A stretch of DNA of 26,309 nt from Clostridia bacterium. Its GTDB lineage: Bacteria; Bacillota; Clostridia; TANB77; RGIG9151. The stretch is taken from the NCBI GenBank assembly GCA_016287855.1, contig JAEEXS010000011.1, positions 1-26,309 on the forward strand, given 5' to 3'. Shown piece by piece: positions 18,598-25,691 of this stretch (within the stretch, counting starts at the first letter, position 1; each line of letters begins with the position of its first letter). The translations under genes were made by a program, and so were the position numbers. Under the pieces are notes generated by a model. The model saw nothing but the letters and a program-made list of their open reading frames with translations, searched no databases and was not told where the DNA came from.

Positions 18598-18626
18598 ATA
18601 ATATCACAACTAAATAAAAAAGTCAA
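18598..18626 (-). promoter_or_regulatory. SigmaA-type promoter with extended -10 in front of the cmk-like gene
   Basis: On the minus strand: TTGACT (rc of 18621-18626), a 17-nt spacer ending in TGA, then TATTAT (rc of 18598-18603). Confidence 0.6.
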
Positions 18627-18634
18627 GTAATCCC

Positions 18635-20113
18635 TTACAAAATTATACAAATAAGCCCGCCACTTCCTTCATTAATTATGCGCTGTAGAGTTTCTTGTAG
18701 TTTTTCTTGAGCATCTTCTGGCATACGATTTAGTTTATTTTGCAAACCTGAACTTACTAATTCATGTAATGACTTACCAAAAATATTTGATTCCCAAATC
18801 TTTTGTGGATCGCTTTCAAATTCCTCCATTAAGTATTGAACTAATTCTTCAGATTGTTTTTCAGTTCCAACGATAGGGGAGACCTCAGTTTGAATATCTG
18901 CTCTTATCATATGAATACTTGGGGCACTGGCACGTAATTTAATTCCAAACTTTCCACCTTGTTTAACAATTTCAGGTTCCTCTAATTTAAGCTCCTCCAT
19001 CGACGGGCTAACTATTCCGTAGCCCTTTGTTTCAACATCATGCAAAGCGTATTCGAGCTTTTCATATTCCTTTTTAATATGAGCCATATCGTTTATCATC
19101 TTAACAAGTTCACTTTGGTCGTTTATTTGAACCCCAGCCATTTCGCTTAAAATCTTGTAAAACAAATCCTCTGGGAAAGTCATATTAACCTTGACTTTAC
19201 CGGTTCCCATGTCAAGTTCATTCATAGTAATGTCAACTACATTTTCATTTTCTTTAATCTTATTTACAGCATCTTCAATGTTGCGCATATTGGTAACCAT
19301 AGAAAAAGTTTCAGCAACATTATCTGTTATCTGTTTCTTAAACCAATGTTTATATTCAAGACAATCTAGCCAACTTGGAAGCTCAACGTTAATCTCATCA
19401 ACAGGGAATTCCATAAGCATACTAGAGAAAATATCGTTTATATCCGAAGCAGTAACTCCCATACAATCAACCACAATTACTGGAGCGTTATATTTTTCCT
19501 CAAGTTGATTTTTTAATTCCTTTGTAGCCTCATTTTCTGGATAAGCAGAATTTAATACAATAACAAAAGGTTTATTAAGATCTTTTAACTCCTTAACAAC
19601 ACGTTCCTCAGGCTTGACATAAGCCTCACGAGGCAATTCAGAAATAGTCCCATCTGTTGTAACAACAAGCCCTATTGTAGAATGTTCATTTATTACTTTT
19701 TGAGTACCGATTTCTGCAGCTTGCTCAAAAGGAATTCGCTCATTAAACCATGGGGTAGAAATCATCCTAGGTGCATCGTTTTCCATATGTCCCATAGCCC
19801 CATCAACAAGATATCCTACACAATCTACTAATCGTACCTTCATTTTAATCTTATCTTCCAAAGTAATCTCAACAGCGTCATTCGGCACAAACTTAGGCTC
19901 AGTAGTCATAATTGTACGCCCGGAGGCACTTTGAGGAAGCTCATCTTTCGCACGTTCTTGGTCATGAATGTTTTTAATATTAGGAATAACCATTAAATCC
20001 ATAAATCTTTTTATAAAAGTTGATTTACCAGTTCTAACTGGACCCACAACTCCTATATAAATATCACCATTCGTTCTAGTTGCGATATCTTTATAAATAC
20101 TGTATTTTTCCAC
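18635..20113 (-). CDS. spoIVA: Stage IV sporulation protein A (spore coat morphogenetic ATPase)
   Basis: GTG start after GGGAGG. Near-collinear with B. subtilis SpoIVA: IY.GVVGPVRTGKSTFIK.FM, ELPQSA.G.TIMTTEPKFVPN, RLVDCVGY, ending ...ETLQRIINEGSGGLICIIL. Confidence 0.97.
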   Translation of the reverse strand: MEKYSIYKDIATRTNGDIYIGVVGPVRTGKSTFIKRFMDLMVIPNIKNIHDQERAKDELPQSASGRTIMTTEPKFVPNDAVEITLEDKIKMKVRLVDCVGYLVDGAMGHMENDAPRMISTPWFNERIPFEQAAEIGTQKVINEHSTIGLVVTTDGTISELPREAYVKPEERVVKELKDLNKPFVIVLNSAYPENEATKELKNQLEEKYNAPVIVVDCMGVTASDINDIFSSMLMEFPVDEINVELPSWLDCLEYKHWFKKQITDNVAETFSMVTNMRNIEDAVNKIKENENVVDITMNELDMGTGKVKVNMTFPEDLFYKILSEMAGVQINDQSELVKMINDMAHIKKEYEKLEYALHDVETKGYGIVSPSMEELKLEEPEIVKQGGKFGIKLRASAPSIHMIRADIQTEVSPIVGTEKQSEELVQYLMEEFESDPQKIWESNIFGKSLHELVSSGLQNKLNRMPEDAQEKLQETLQRIINEGSGGLICIIL

Positions 20114-20149
20114 CGCTAAATACCTCCCTTGTACTTGTTTTTCTTTACA

Positions 20150-20178
20150 ACTGTATGCAGGGTATTTAACAGATATGA
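20150..20178 (-). promoter_or_regulatory. SigmaE-type mother-cell promoter of spoIVA
   Basis: On the minus strand: TCATATC (rc of 20172-20178), 14-nt spacer, CATACAGT (rc of 20150-20157). The consensus I recall is kmATATT-N14-CATACAnT. Confidence 0.7.
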
Positions 20179-20187
20179 TATTTTATT

Positions 20188-20424
20188 TTAAATTTCAACT
20201 AAAATAACTTCTTCACCAACCATACGAATATTTTGCCAAGGAATAACAATATCCCCGACCCCTCGTGAAAAACAAGGGAAGAAGTTATTGCTACAGCCAG
20301 GCACAACGATAGCATTTACTGTGCCTGTACAAAAGTCTATATCTACATCACAAACACAACCAAGTTTTTTTGCATCACATATGTTTATTACTTCTTTATG
20401 TCTAAAGTCAACCATTTTACTCAT
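20188..20424 (-). CDS. YlmC/YmxH-family (PRC-barrel) sporulation protein
   Basis: ATG 20424 after GGAGGT gives 78 aa: MSKMVDFRHKEVINICDAKKLG.V.D.DID..TG.V.AIVVPG......F......D..IPW..I...GE.VILVE. The track ORF start 20568 lies inside sigG. Confidence 0.85.
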   Translation of the reverse strand: MSKMVDFRHKEVINICDAKKLGCVCDVDIDFCTGTVNAIVVPGCSNNFFPCFSRGVGDIVIPWQNIRMVGEEVILVEI

Positions 20425-20445
20425 ATATGTACCTCCAAAATTAAT

Positions 20446-20481
20446 ATATGCGAAGACAACATTAAATGTGTCTTCGCATAT
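20446..20481 (-). terminator. 13-bp perfect hairpin overlapping the sigG stop codon (terminator/attenuator between sigG and ylmC-like)
   Basis: ATATGCGAAGACA (20446-20458) / TGTCTTCGCATAT (20469-20481). On the minus strand it is followed by ATTAATTTT, a weak T-run. Confidence 0.5.
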
Positions 20482-21232
20482 GAAGTAGCGCACTTTTTTC
20501 AAGCCTTGAAACTTGTGCTTGAGAAATACCAATTTCATCAGCAACTTCAATTTGTGTTCGCCCATCAAAAAACCTTTTTTGCAAAATCATTTTTTCTCTA
20601 TCATTTAATTTTGCCATAGCTTCCTTAATAGCTAAATTTGAAATCCATTTTTCATCTGTATTTTTTGTATCACTTACTTGATCCATTACAAACATAGCAT
20701 CTCCATCATCATGGTAAATAGGCTCAAATAGGGAAATAGGGTCTTGAATAGCATCTAGGGCAAAAACAACTTCTTCCTTTGGCATACCAAGTTCCTTTGC
20801 AATTTCAGTTATAGTAGGTTCTTTATTTCCAGTACTCATAAGTTTTTCTTTAGCTTGTAGTGCCTTATATGCGGTATCTTTTAATGAACGACTTACTCGT
20901 ATAGAATTATTATCTCTTAAGTATCTACGTATTTCTCCAATAATCATAGGAACAGCATAAGTAGAAAAAGTAACTTCATATTTTAAATCAAAATTGTCTA
21001 TTGATTTTATTAAGCCAATACAGCCAATTTGAAATAAATCATCAATATTTTCACCTCTATTTGAAAACCTTTGAATTACACTTAAAACCAATCTCAAATT
21101 ACCATTTATAAATTTTTGTCTTGCATCTTTATCTCCATTTTTTATTCTAATTAAAAGTTCATGTTTTTCTTCATTTGATAGCATAGGTAATTTAGAAGTA
21201 TTAACTCCACAAATCTCTACCTTGTTTATCAA
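20462..21232 (-). CDS. sigG: Forespore RNA polymerase sigma factor SigG
   Basis: TTG start after AAGGGGGG. Near-collinear with B. subtilis SigG: NKVEICGV.TSKLP.L.NEE, NGNLRLVLSVIQRF.NRGE..DDLFQ.GCIGL.KSIDNFDL...V.FSTYAVPMIIGEIRRYLRDNN.IRVSRSL, FALDAIQDP.SLFEPIY.D.GD, LNDREKMIL.KRFF.G.TQ.EVA.EIGISQAQVSRLEK. Confidence 0.95.
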   Translation of the reverse strand: MINKVEICGVNTSKLPMLSNEEKHELLIRIKNGDKDARQKFINGNLRLVLSVIQRFSNRGENIDDLFQIGCIGLIKSIDNFDLKYEVTFSTYAVPMIIGEIRRYLRDNNSIRVSRSLKDTAYKALQAKEKLMSTGNKEPTITEIAKELGMPKEEVVFALDAIQDPISLFEPIYHDDGDAMFVMDQVSDTKNTDEKWISNLAIKEAMAKLNDREKMILQKRFFDGRTQIEVADEIGISQAQVSRLEKSALLHMRRHI

Positions 21233-21265
21233 AATAAGCCCCCCTTTTAAATATTTGATAATTAC

Positions 21266-21293
21266 ATTATCTCCAAAGAGGGGGCGATTATAC
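21266..21293 (-). promoter_or_regulatory. SigmaF/G-type forespore promoter of sigG
   Basis: On the minus strand: GTATA (rc of 21289-21293), 14-nt spacer, GGAGATAAT (rc of 21266-21274). The sigmaF consensus I recall is G(T/C)ATA-N~15-GGnrAnAnTw. Confidence 0.55.
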
Positions 21294-21313
21294 GAATTTA
21301 AAATTTAATTTTT

Positions 21314-21378
21314 TGGACTCGAGGACGTCCATGAAAAGTCCAAAAAAGTTAGACTTTTCATGGACGTCCCCGAGTCCA
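21314..21378. repeat. 27-bp GC-rich inverted repeat (26/27 complementary) with an 11-nt centre
   Basis: TGGACTCGAGGACGTCCATGAAAAGTC (21314-21340), then CAAAAAAGTTA, then GACTTTTCATGGACGTCCCCGAGTCCA (21352-21378). There is no downstream T-run on either strand. It lies between the divergent sigG promoter and the island-3 promoter. Confidence 0.9.
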
Positions 21379-21402
21379 GAGTGGTAAAATTGTACGGAAA
21401 CA

Positions 21403-21431
21403 TTGACTAAGTATACATAATGTGGTATAAT
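21403..21431 (+). promoter_or_regulatory. Near-consensus sigmaA promoter with extended -10 in front of the GC-rich orphan gene
   Basis: TTGACT (21403-21408), a 17-nt spacer ending in TGG, then TATAAT (21426-21431). Confidence 0.75.
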
Positions 21432-21552
21432 TTTGTTGTAAGTATGTACGCAGGAAGTATTAGAGAGGAAATCCTCTTTAAAGACGTAGTTCTCGAAAGG
21501 GAACGGAAAAAAGAGGAAACTCTCTAACGGAACAAAGAAAGGAAGTAATATA

Positions 21553-22146
21553 TTGACTATCAAAAAGAAAGTCATGGACAAGATTCTCCTCGTTCTGGGG
21601 TTGTCTCCGGAGGTGAAGGAAGAACTCGCAGCCCTCGCTCAGGATGTGGTGGAAACTGATGATTGGTCTCTGTTCATGGGACCGATGAGCGTGTTCCATG
21701 AAGGTGCAAGGTTTGATACCAAATCCCTCAGTGATGAAGAATATGTGGAAATGTGGGAGTTTCTCGGAAATCCCATCATCGATTCGGATGGGTATATCCA
21801 GAATATGGAGTACCTTCCGGGAAATGCCGCATACCGCCTCGTCAAGAAATATGGAATTCTTTCTCTCGTCGCCCGGGTGCTTGAGGCGAAGGAATGTGCC
21901 TTCGACCGTCTCTGGGAGCTGGCGAAGAAGCATCCCGATGCTTCATTTGAGAAACAGGAGGCGATTGTCCTTCGAGGTATCCGAGCCATCAACACGTTGG
22001 ACGTGTCTACCCTTTGGGCAACACCCCTCACGTGGACCCTGGAAGGGCAGGAGGGAATTACCTGCGAAATCTCTGACAAGGCCGTGAAGGACCTTTTCGA
22101 TGACTGGGGCGTCACCGCCCTGGTTAAGGAGCTCATCGGCGACTAA
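21553..22146 (+). CDS. Hypothetical protein, no family recognised; compositionally foreign (about 55% G+C in sampled lines)
   Basis: TTG 21553 lies 7 nt after AAAGGAAG; ATG 21574 is the alternative. This is the only frame with balanced, helix-like acidic composition, and it has a promoter upstream and a terminator 10 nt after the stop. The other four long ORFs over this span are Ser/Arg/Pro-rich artefacts of G+C richness. Confidence 0.7.
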   Translation: MTIKKKVMDKILLVLGLSPEVKEELAALAQDVVETDDWSLFMGPMSVFHEGARFDTKSLSDEEYVEMWEFLGNPIIDSDGYIQNMEYLPGNAAYRLVKKYGILSLVARVLEAKECAFDRLWELAKKHPDASFEKQEAIVLRGIRAINTLDVSTLWATPLTWTLEGQEGITCEISDKAVKDLFDDWGVTALVKELIGD

Positions 22147-22155
22147 CTCGGCAAT

Positions 22156-22188
22156 GTGCCCCCGTTTCGGCGGGGGCACGATTTTTTT
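22156..22188 (+). terminator. GC-rich intrinsic terminator of the orphan gene
   Basis: GTGCCCCCG (22156-22164) / CGGGGGCAC (22171-22179), followed by (GA)TTTTTTT. Confidence 0.9.
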
Positions 22189-22250
22189 AAAAGTATATTT
22201 ATTATTAAATTGGAAAAATTAAAAGTAATTAAAACATTGGGAGGTTAAGT

Positions 22251-22901
22251 ATGAGAAAAGGCATAGCAGTTTTAATTACTTTTATTTATTGTTATATAGG
22301 AATAGGAGTTATAAATAATTTAGAAGTTGAAACATATTCAACAATAGGCTCAAGGGGAGATGAAGTAAGACAAATTCAAACTAAATTAAAAAACTGGGGC
22401 TATTATACCGGCGCAATAGATGGAATATACGGAAATGGAACATATAATGCAGTAAAAAAATTTCAACAAAAAAACGGGTTAACAGCAGATGGTATAGCGG
22501 GAAGCAAAACTCTTTCAGCAATGGGAATATCTAGTTCTAACATGCAAAGTAATAATAATGTAAATTTACTTGCGAGGGCAATAAATGGGGAAGCAAGAGG
22601 CGAACCTTACGAGGGGCAAGTAGCTGTTGGAGCAGTTATTTTAAATAGAGTAAACAATTCAAGTTTTCCAAATACAATTGCTGGGGTAATATATCAGTCT
22701 GGAGCGTTTGATTCTGTATCGGACGGGCAAATAAATATGGCACCAACTACGGTCGCAACTAAAGCTGCAAGAGATGCATTAAATGGTTGGGATCCAAGTG
22801 GTGGTTCAATATATTTCTTTAATCCTGCAACAAGTACAAGCAAGTGGATTTGGAGCAGGCAGATTGTAAAGATTATAGGGAAACATTATTTTGCAAAATA
22901 A
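22251..22901 (+). CDS. sleB: Spore cortex-lytic enzyme SleB-like (PG_binding_1 + Hydrolase_2/CwlJ-SleB domain)
   Basis: Signal/TM N-terminus. PG-binding repeat RGDEVRQIQTKLKNWGYYTGAIDGIYGNGTYNAVKKFQQKNGLTADGIAG. Catalytic domain LLARAINGEARGEPYEGQVAVGAVILNRV....FPNTI.GVIYQ.GAF..V.DGQ. Confidence 0.88.
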   Translation: MRKGIAVLITFIYCYIGIGVINNLEVETYSTIGSRGDEVRQIQTKLKNWGYYTGAIDGIYGNGTYNAVKKFQQKNGLTADGIAGSKTLSAMGISSSNMQSNNNVNLLARAINGEARGEPYEGQVAVGAVILNRVNNSSFPNTIAGVIYQSGAFDSVSDGQINMAPTTVATKAARDALNGWDPSGGSIYFFNPATSTSKWIWSRQIVKIIGKHYFAK

Positions 22902-22907
22902 ACTTTT

Positions 22908-22942
22908 AAAGAATACTAAACTACAACTTAGTATTCTTTTTT
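22908..22942 (+). terminator. Intrinsic terminator after sleB-like gene
   Basis: AAAGAATACTA (22908-22918) / TAGTATTCTTT (22929-22939), followed by a T-run. Confidence 0.8.
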
Positions 22943-23027
22943 CATTCAAATTGAAAAAATATAAAAAAATATATGGAAATGTCGATATACTAAAGGTAAT
23001 TAAGTACACATAAAGGAGGAAGTTTTA

Positions 23028-23732
23028 ATGAGTAAAAAAGTAATTGCTTTAATTGTTGCAGGAAGTTTAGCATTAGGTGGTGCAATTGGCTTTGCAGCAA
23101 GCCAAATTGAAGACGTAACCGCTCAAATAAATTATGGTATAAGTATGAAATTAAATGGTGCACCATATAATCCAACAGAAGCTGATGGAAGTGCATTAAG
23201 ACCTTTAATTTATAAAGGAAGAACGTATTTACCAGTTGCAGCTTTGGGTAAAGCTTTAGATGTAGCTGTTAAGTGGGACGGAGAGACATCTACGGTTCTT
23301 ATTGGTGAAGGCGATAAAATGATGGACTTTATGAGTATTGTAACTAGTTTAAATACAAATGACATTACATATACTCAAGACAAAGAACTGCTATATGCAG
23401 GAGGCAAAACATTTGATAGTGGCTTGGTATATACCAAAATTTATTCAGATGGAAGTTGGTCTATAGATGGAAAGAAATTGAAATTTAATCCAAATGGAAA
23501 GTATTCAAAGATAGGATTTACTATAGTTACAGATAATGAATATCCTTTAAATATTAAAGTTTGTGGTGATGATGATGAAGTACTAAAATCTATAGATACT
23601 TCGGAAGGAGTTCAAAATATAGAACTAGATATATCAGGTCAAAAAGAAATATATTTTGTTGGTAGTGGTAGTACTGCTTGGAGTAGCGGATTAACTCAAA
23701 AAATAGTTTTGGGAGATATATACTTCAAATAA
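23028..23732 (+). CDS. Secreted protein with copper-amine-oxidase N-terminal-like domain and a C-terminal beta-rich (NPCBM-like?) domain
   Basis: Signal peptide MSKKVIALIVAGSLALGGAIGFA. Motif LRPLIYKGRTYLPVAALGKALDVAVKWDGETSTVLIG is typical of Cu_amine_oxidN1. The C-terminal call is tentative. Confidence 0.7.
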   Translation: MSKKVIALIVAGSLALGGAIGFAASQIEDVTAQINYGISMKLNGAPYNPTEADGSALRPLIYKGRTYLPVAALGKALDVAVKWDGETSTVLIGEGDKMMDFMSIVTSLNTNDITYTQDKELLYAGGKTFDSGLVYTKIYSDGSWSIDGKKLKFNPNGKYSKIGFTIVTDNEYPLNIKVCGDDDEVLKSIDTSEGVQNIELDISGQKEIYFVGSGSTAWSSGLTQKIVLGDIYFK

Positions 23733-23774
23733 GAATTAATGGTATTTATTAATTCAATAATGTTTAAAAAACAA

Positions 23775-23815
23775 AAAAGATACTACATGTGTATGAACGT
23801 GTAGTATCTTTTTTT
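23775..23815 (+). terminator. Intrinsic terminator
   Basis: AAAAGATACTACA / TGTAGTATCTTTT stem, followed by TTTTT. Confidence 0.85.
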
Positions 23816-23838
23816 ATGTAATGAGATACATACTTCGC

Positions 23839-23867
23839 TTGACAACAACAAAAACTTGTAATATTAT
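23839..23867 (+). promoter_or_regulatory. SigmaA promoter of aspS
   Basis: TTGACA (23839-23844), 17-nt spacer, TATTAT (23862-23867). The leader is only about 20 nt, so there is no room for a T-box. Confidence 0.65.
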
Positions 23868-23893
23868 GTTGAAGTAAATAAGGGGGAATTTGT

Positions 23894-25642
23894 ATGTATA
23901 GGACACATACTTGCGGAGAATTAAGAATTACTGATGTAGATAAGAAAGTAAAACTTGCTGGATGGCTTGATACTGTACGAGATTTAGGTGCGGTAGTTTT
24001 CTTTACTGTACGAGATTTTTATGGTATTACTCAAGTCGTTGCATCAGATGAAGATATAAAAGCACAAATAAGAGATATTCAAAGAGAATCTACAATTTCA
24101 GTAGAAGGAAAAGTTGCTAAGAGAAGTGCTGTAAATAAAGAAATACCTACAGGAGATATTGAAATTATACCTGAAAAAATAGAGGTGCTTGGTAGATGTA
24201 GAGAATTACTACCTTTTGAAGTTAGTAATTCTATCGAGTCGAGGGAAGATATAAGACTAAAATATAGATTTTTAGATTTAAGAAATCCTATTAATAAAGA
24301 TAAATTGATATTGCGTTCTAAGGTAATTAGATTTTTGAGGAATGCTATGTGCGAGAAGGGGTTTTACGAAATTCAAACTCCTATTTTGACGAGCTCTTCG
24401 CCTGAAGGAGCTAGAGACTATTTAGTTCCGAGTCGTGTTCACCCTGGGAAGTTCTATGCTTTACCTCAAGCTCCTCAACAATTTAAGCAATTACTTATGG
24501 TTTCTGGTATAGATAAATATTTCCAAATAGCACCTTGCTTTAGAGATGAAGATGCACGTGCAGATAGATCTCCAGGAGAGTTTTATCAACTAGATATGGA
24601 AATGGCTTTTGCTGAACAAGAAGATGTTTTTGCGGTAATGGAAGATGTTTTAGCTAAAACTTTTGCTGAGTTTTCTACTTGGAAAGTTGCCGAAGTACCA
24701 TTCCCAAGAATTAAGTATGTAGACGCAATGGAGAAGTACGGTTCAGATAAACCAGATTTAAGAAATCCACTTATTATCCATGATGTTACGAAAATATTTA
24801 GTAATACAGAAATAGGTTTCTTTAAGGGACAAGTTATTAAAGCTATTGGAATAAATGACTTTAATCAACCTAGAAGTTTCTTTGATAATCTTAATACCTT
24901 TATTACTCAAAATGAAGGCAAAGGTGTATCTTGGACAAAGATAGGAGAAGATGGAGAATTCTCTGGGGGTATTACAAAATACTTAAGTGATAAAGAAAAA
25001 GCTGATTTAATTAAAGAATTTGATTTAAAGAATAATTCTGCAGTTTTATTTGTTGCGGATGAAAAAGCAAAGGCAACAAAGCTTGCGGGATTACTTAGAA
25101 ATGAAGCCGGAGCAAAACTAGATATAGTTGAAAAGAATATCTATAAATTCTGCTGGATAGTAGATTTCCCTATGTTTGAAATAGACGATGAAACTGGAGA
25201 AATTTGCTTCTCGCATAATCCATTCTCTATGCCTCAAGGTGGAATGGAAGCTTTGATGACTAAAAATCCTCTTGAAATAGAAGCATATCAATATGATATT
25301 GTTTGCAACGGTATAGAGTTGTCTTCTGGTGCTGTAAGAAATCACGAACCTGAAATAATGGTAAAAGCATTTGAAATTGCAGGATATCCTCCAGAAGTAG
25401 TAGAAACAAAATTCCCAGCATTATATAACGCATTCAAATTTGGAGCACCACCTCATGCGGGTATTGCACCAGGTGTAGATAGAATGGTTATGATGCTTGC
25501 AAATGAGCCAAATATTCGTGAAGTTATTGCATTCCCTATGAATAAAAATGCTCAAGATTTGCTTATGGGTGCGCCAGCTGAAGTAACGGAGAAACAATTA
25601 GACGAATTAAGAATAAAGGTTGTAGAAGAAAAAAAGAAGTAG
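23894..25642 (+). CDS. aspS: Aspartate--tRNA ligase
   Basis: MYRTHTCGELR (OB-fold anticodon-binding N-terminus), class II motifs FYQLD.EM.F and GG.GIGVDR-like PHAGIAPGVDRMVM; 582 aa. Confidence 0.96.
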   Translation: MYRTHTCGELRITDVDKKVKLAGWLDTVRDLGAVVFFTVRDFYGITQVVASDEDIKAQIRDIQRESTISVEGKVAKRSAVNKEIPTGDIEIIPEKIEVLGRCRELLPFEVSNSIESREDIRLKYRFLDLRNPINKDKLILRSKVIRFLRNAMCEKGFYEIQTPILTSSSPEGARDYLVPSRVHPGKFYALPQAPQQFKQLLMVSGIDKYFQIAPCFRDEDARADRSPGEFYQLDMEMAFAEQEDVFAVMEDVLAKTFAEFSTWKVAEVPFPRIKYVDAMEKYGSDKPDLRNPLIIHDVTKIFSNTEIGFFKGQVIKAIGINDFNQPRSFFDNLNTFITQNEGKGVSWTKIGEDGEFSGGITKYLSDKEKADLIKEFDLKNNSAVLFVADEKAKATKLAGLLRNEAGAKLDIVEKNIYKFCWIVDFPMFEIDDETGEICFSHNPFSMPQGGMEALMTKNPLEIEAYQYDIVCNGIELSSGAVRNHEPEIMVKAFEIAGYPPEVVETKFPALYNAFKFGAPPHAGIAPGVDRMVMMLANEPNIREVIAFPMNKNAQDLLMGAPAEVTEKQLDELRIKVVEEKKK

Positions 25643-25691
25643 TTATTAATTCTTAACCATTTCAATATAAATTAATGAGGAGTGGTGAGTT

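Noticed and set aside
18059-18617. Plus-strand ORFs antisense to the cmk-like gene, and likewise 5087-5875 ORFs overlapping the ClpP-fold gene.
   Set aside because: This is the same G+C artefact. The recognisable family motifs are present only in the chosen frames.
21331-21387. An 18-codon micro-ORF (MKSPKKLDFSWTSPSPEW) with a GAGGA-like RBS inside the 27-bp inverted repeat.
   Set aside because: It lies upstream of the only plus-strand promoter. Both the RBS-like element and the ATG are by-products of the palindrome sequence, and there is no supporting signal.
21288-21581. Track ORF 21288-21581(-), 97 aa, spanning the palindrome and the island-3 promoter and leader.
   Set aside because: The peptide is Phe/Leu-rich and low-complexity from AT-rich DNA. 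It has no RBS and runs through two promoters and the hairpin.
21478-22179. Four long ORFs overlapping the GC-rich orphan gene: 21478-21933(-), 21639-22136(-), 21698-22087(+) and 21943-22179(-).
   Set aside because: Open frames are expected by chance in ~55% G+C DNA. The products are Ser/Arg/Pro-rich, lack an RBS, and contradict the orientation of the flanking promoter and terminator.
22181-22250. A possible forespore promoter upstream of sleB (GTATA-N15-GAAAAATTA).
   Set aside because: The -10 element lacks the conserved GG, and the region is so AT-rich that such partial matches are expected.
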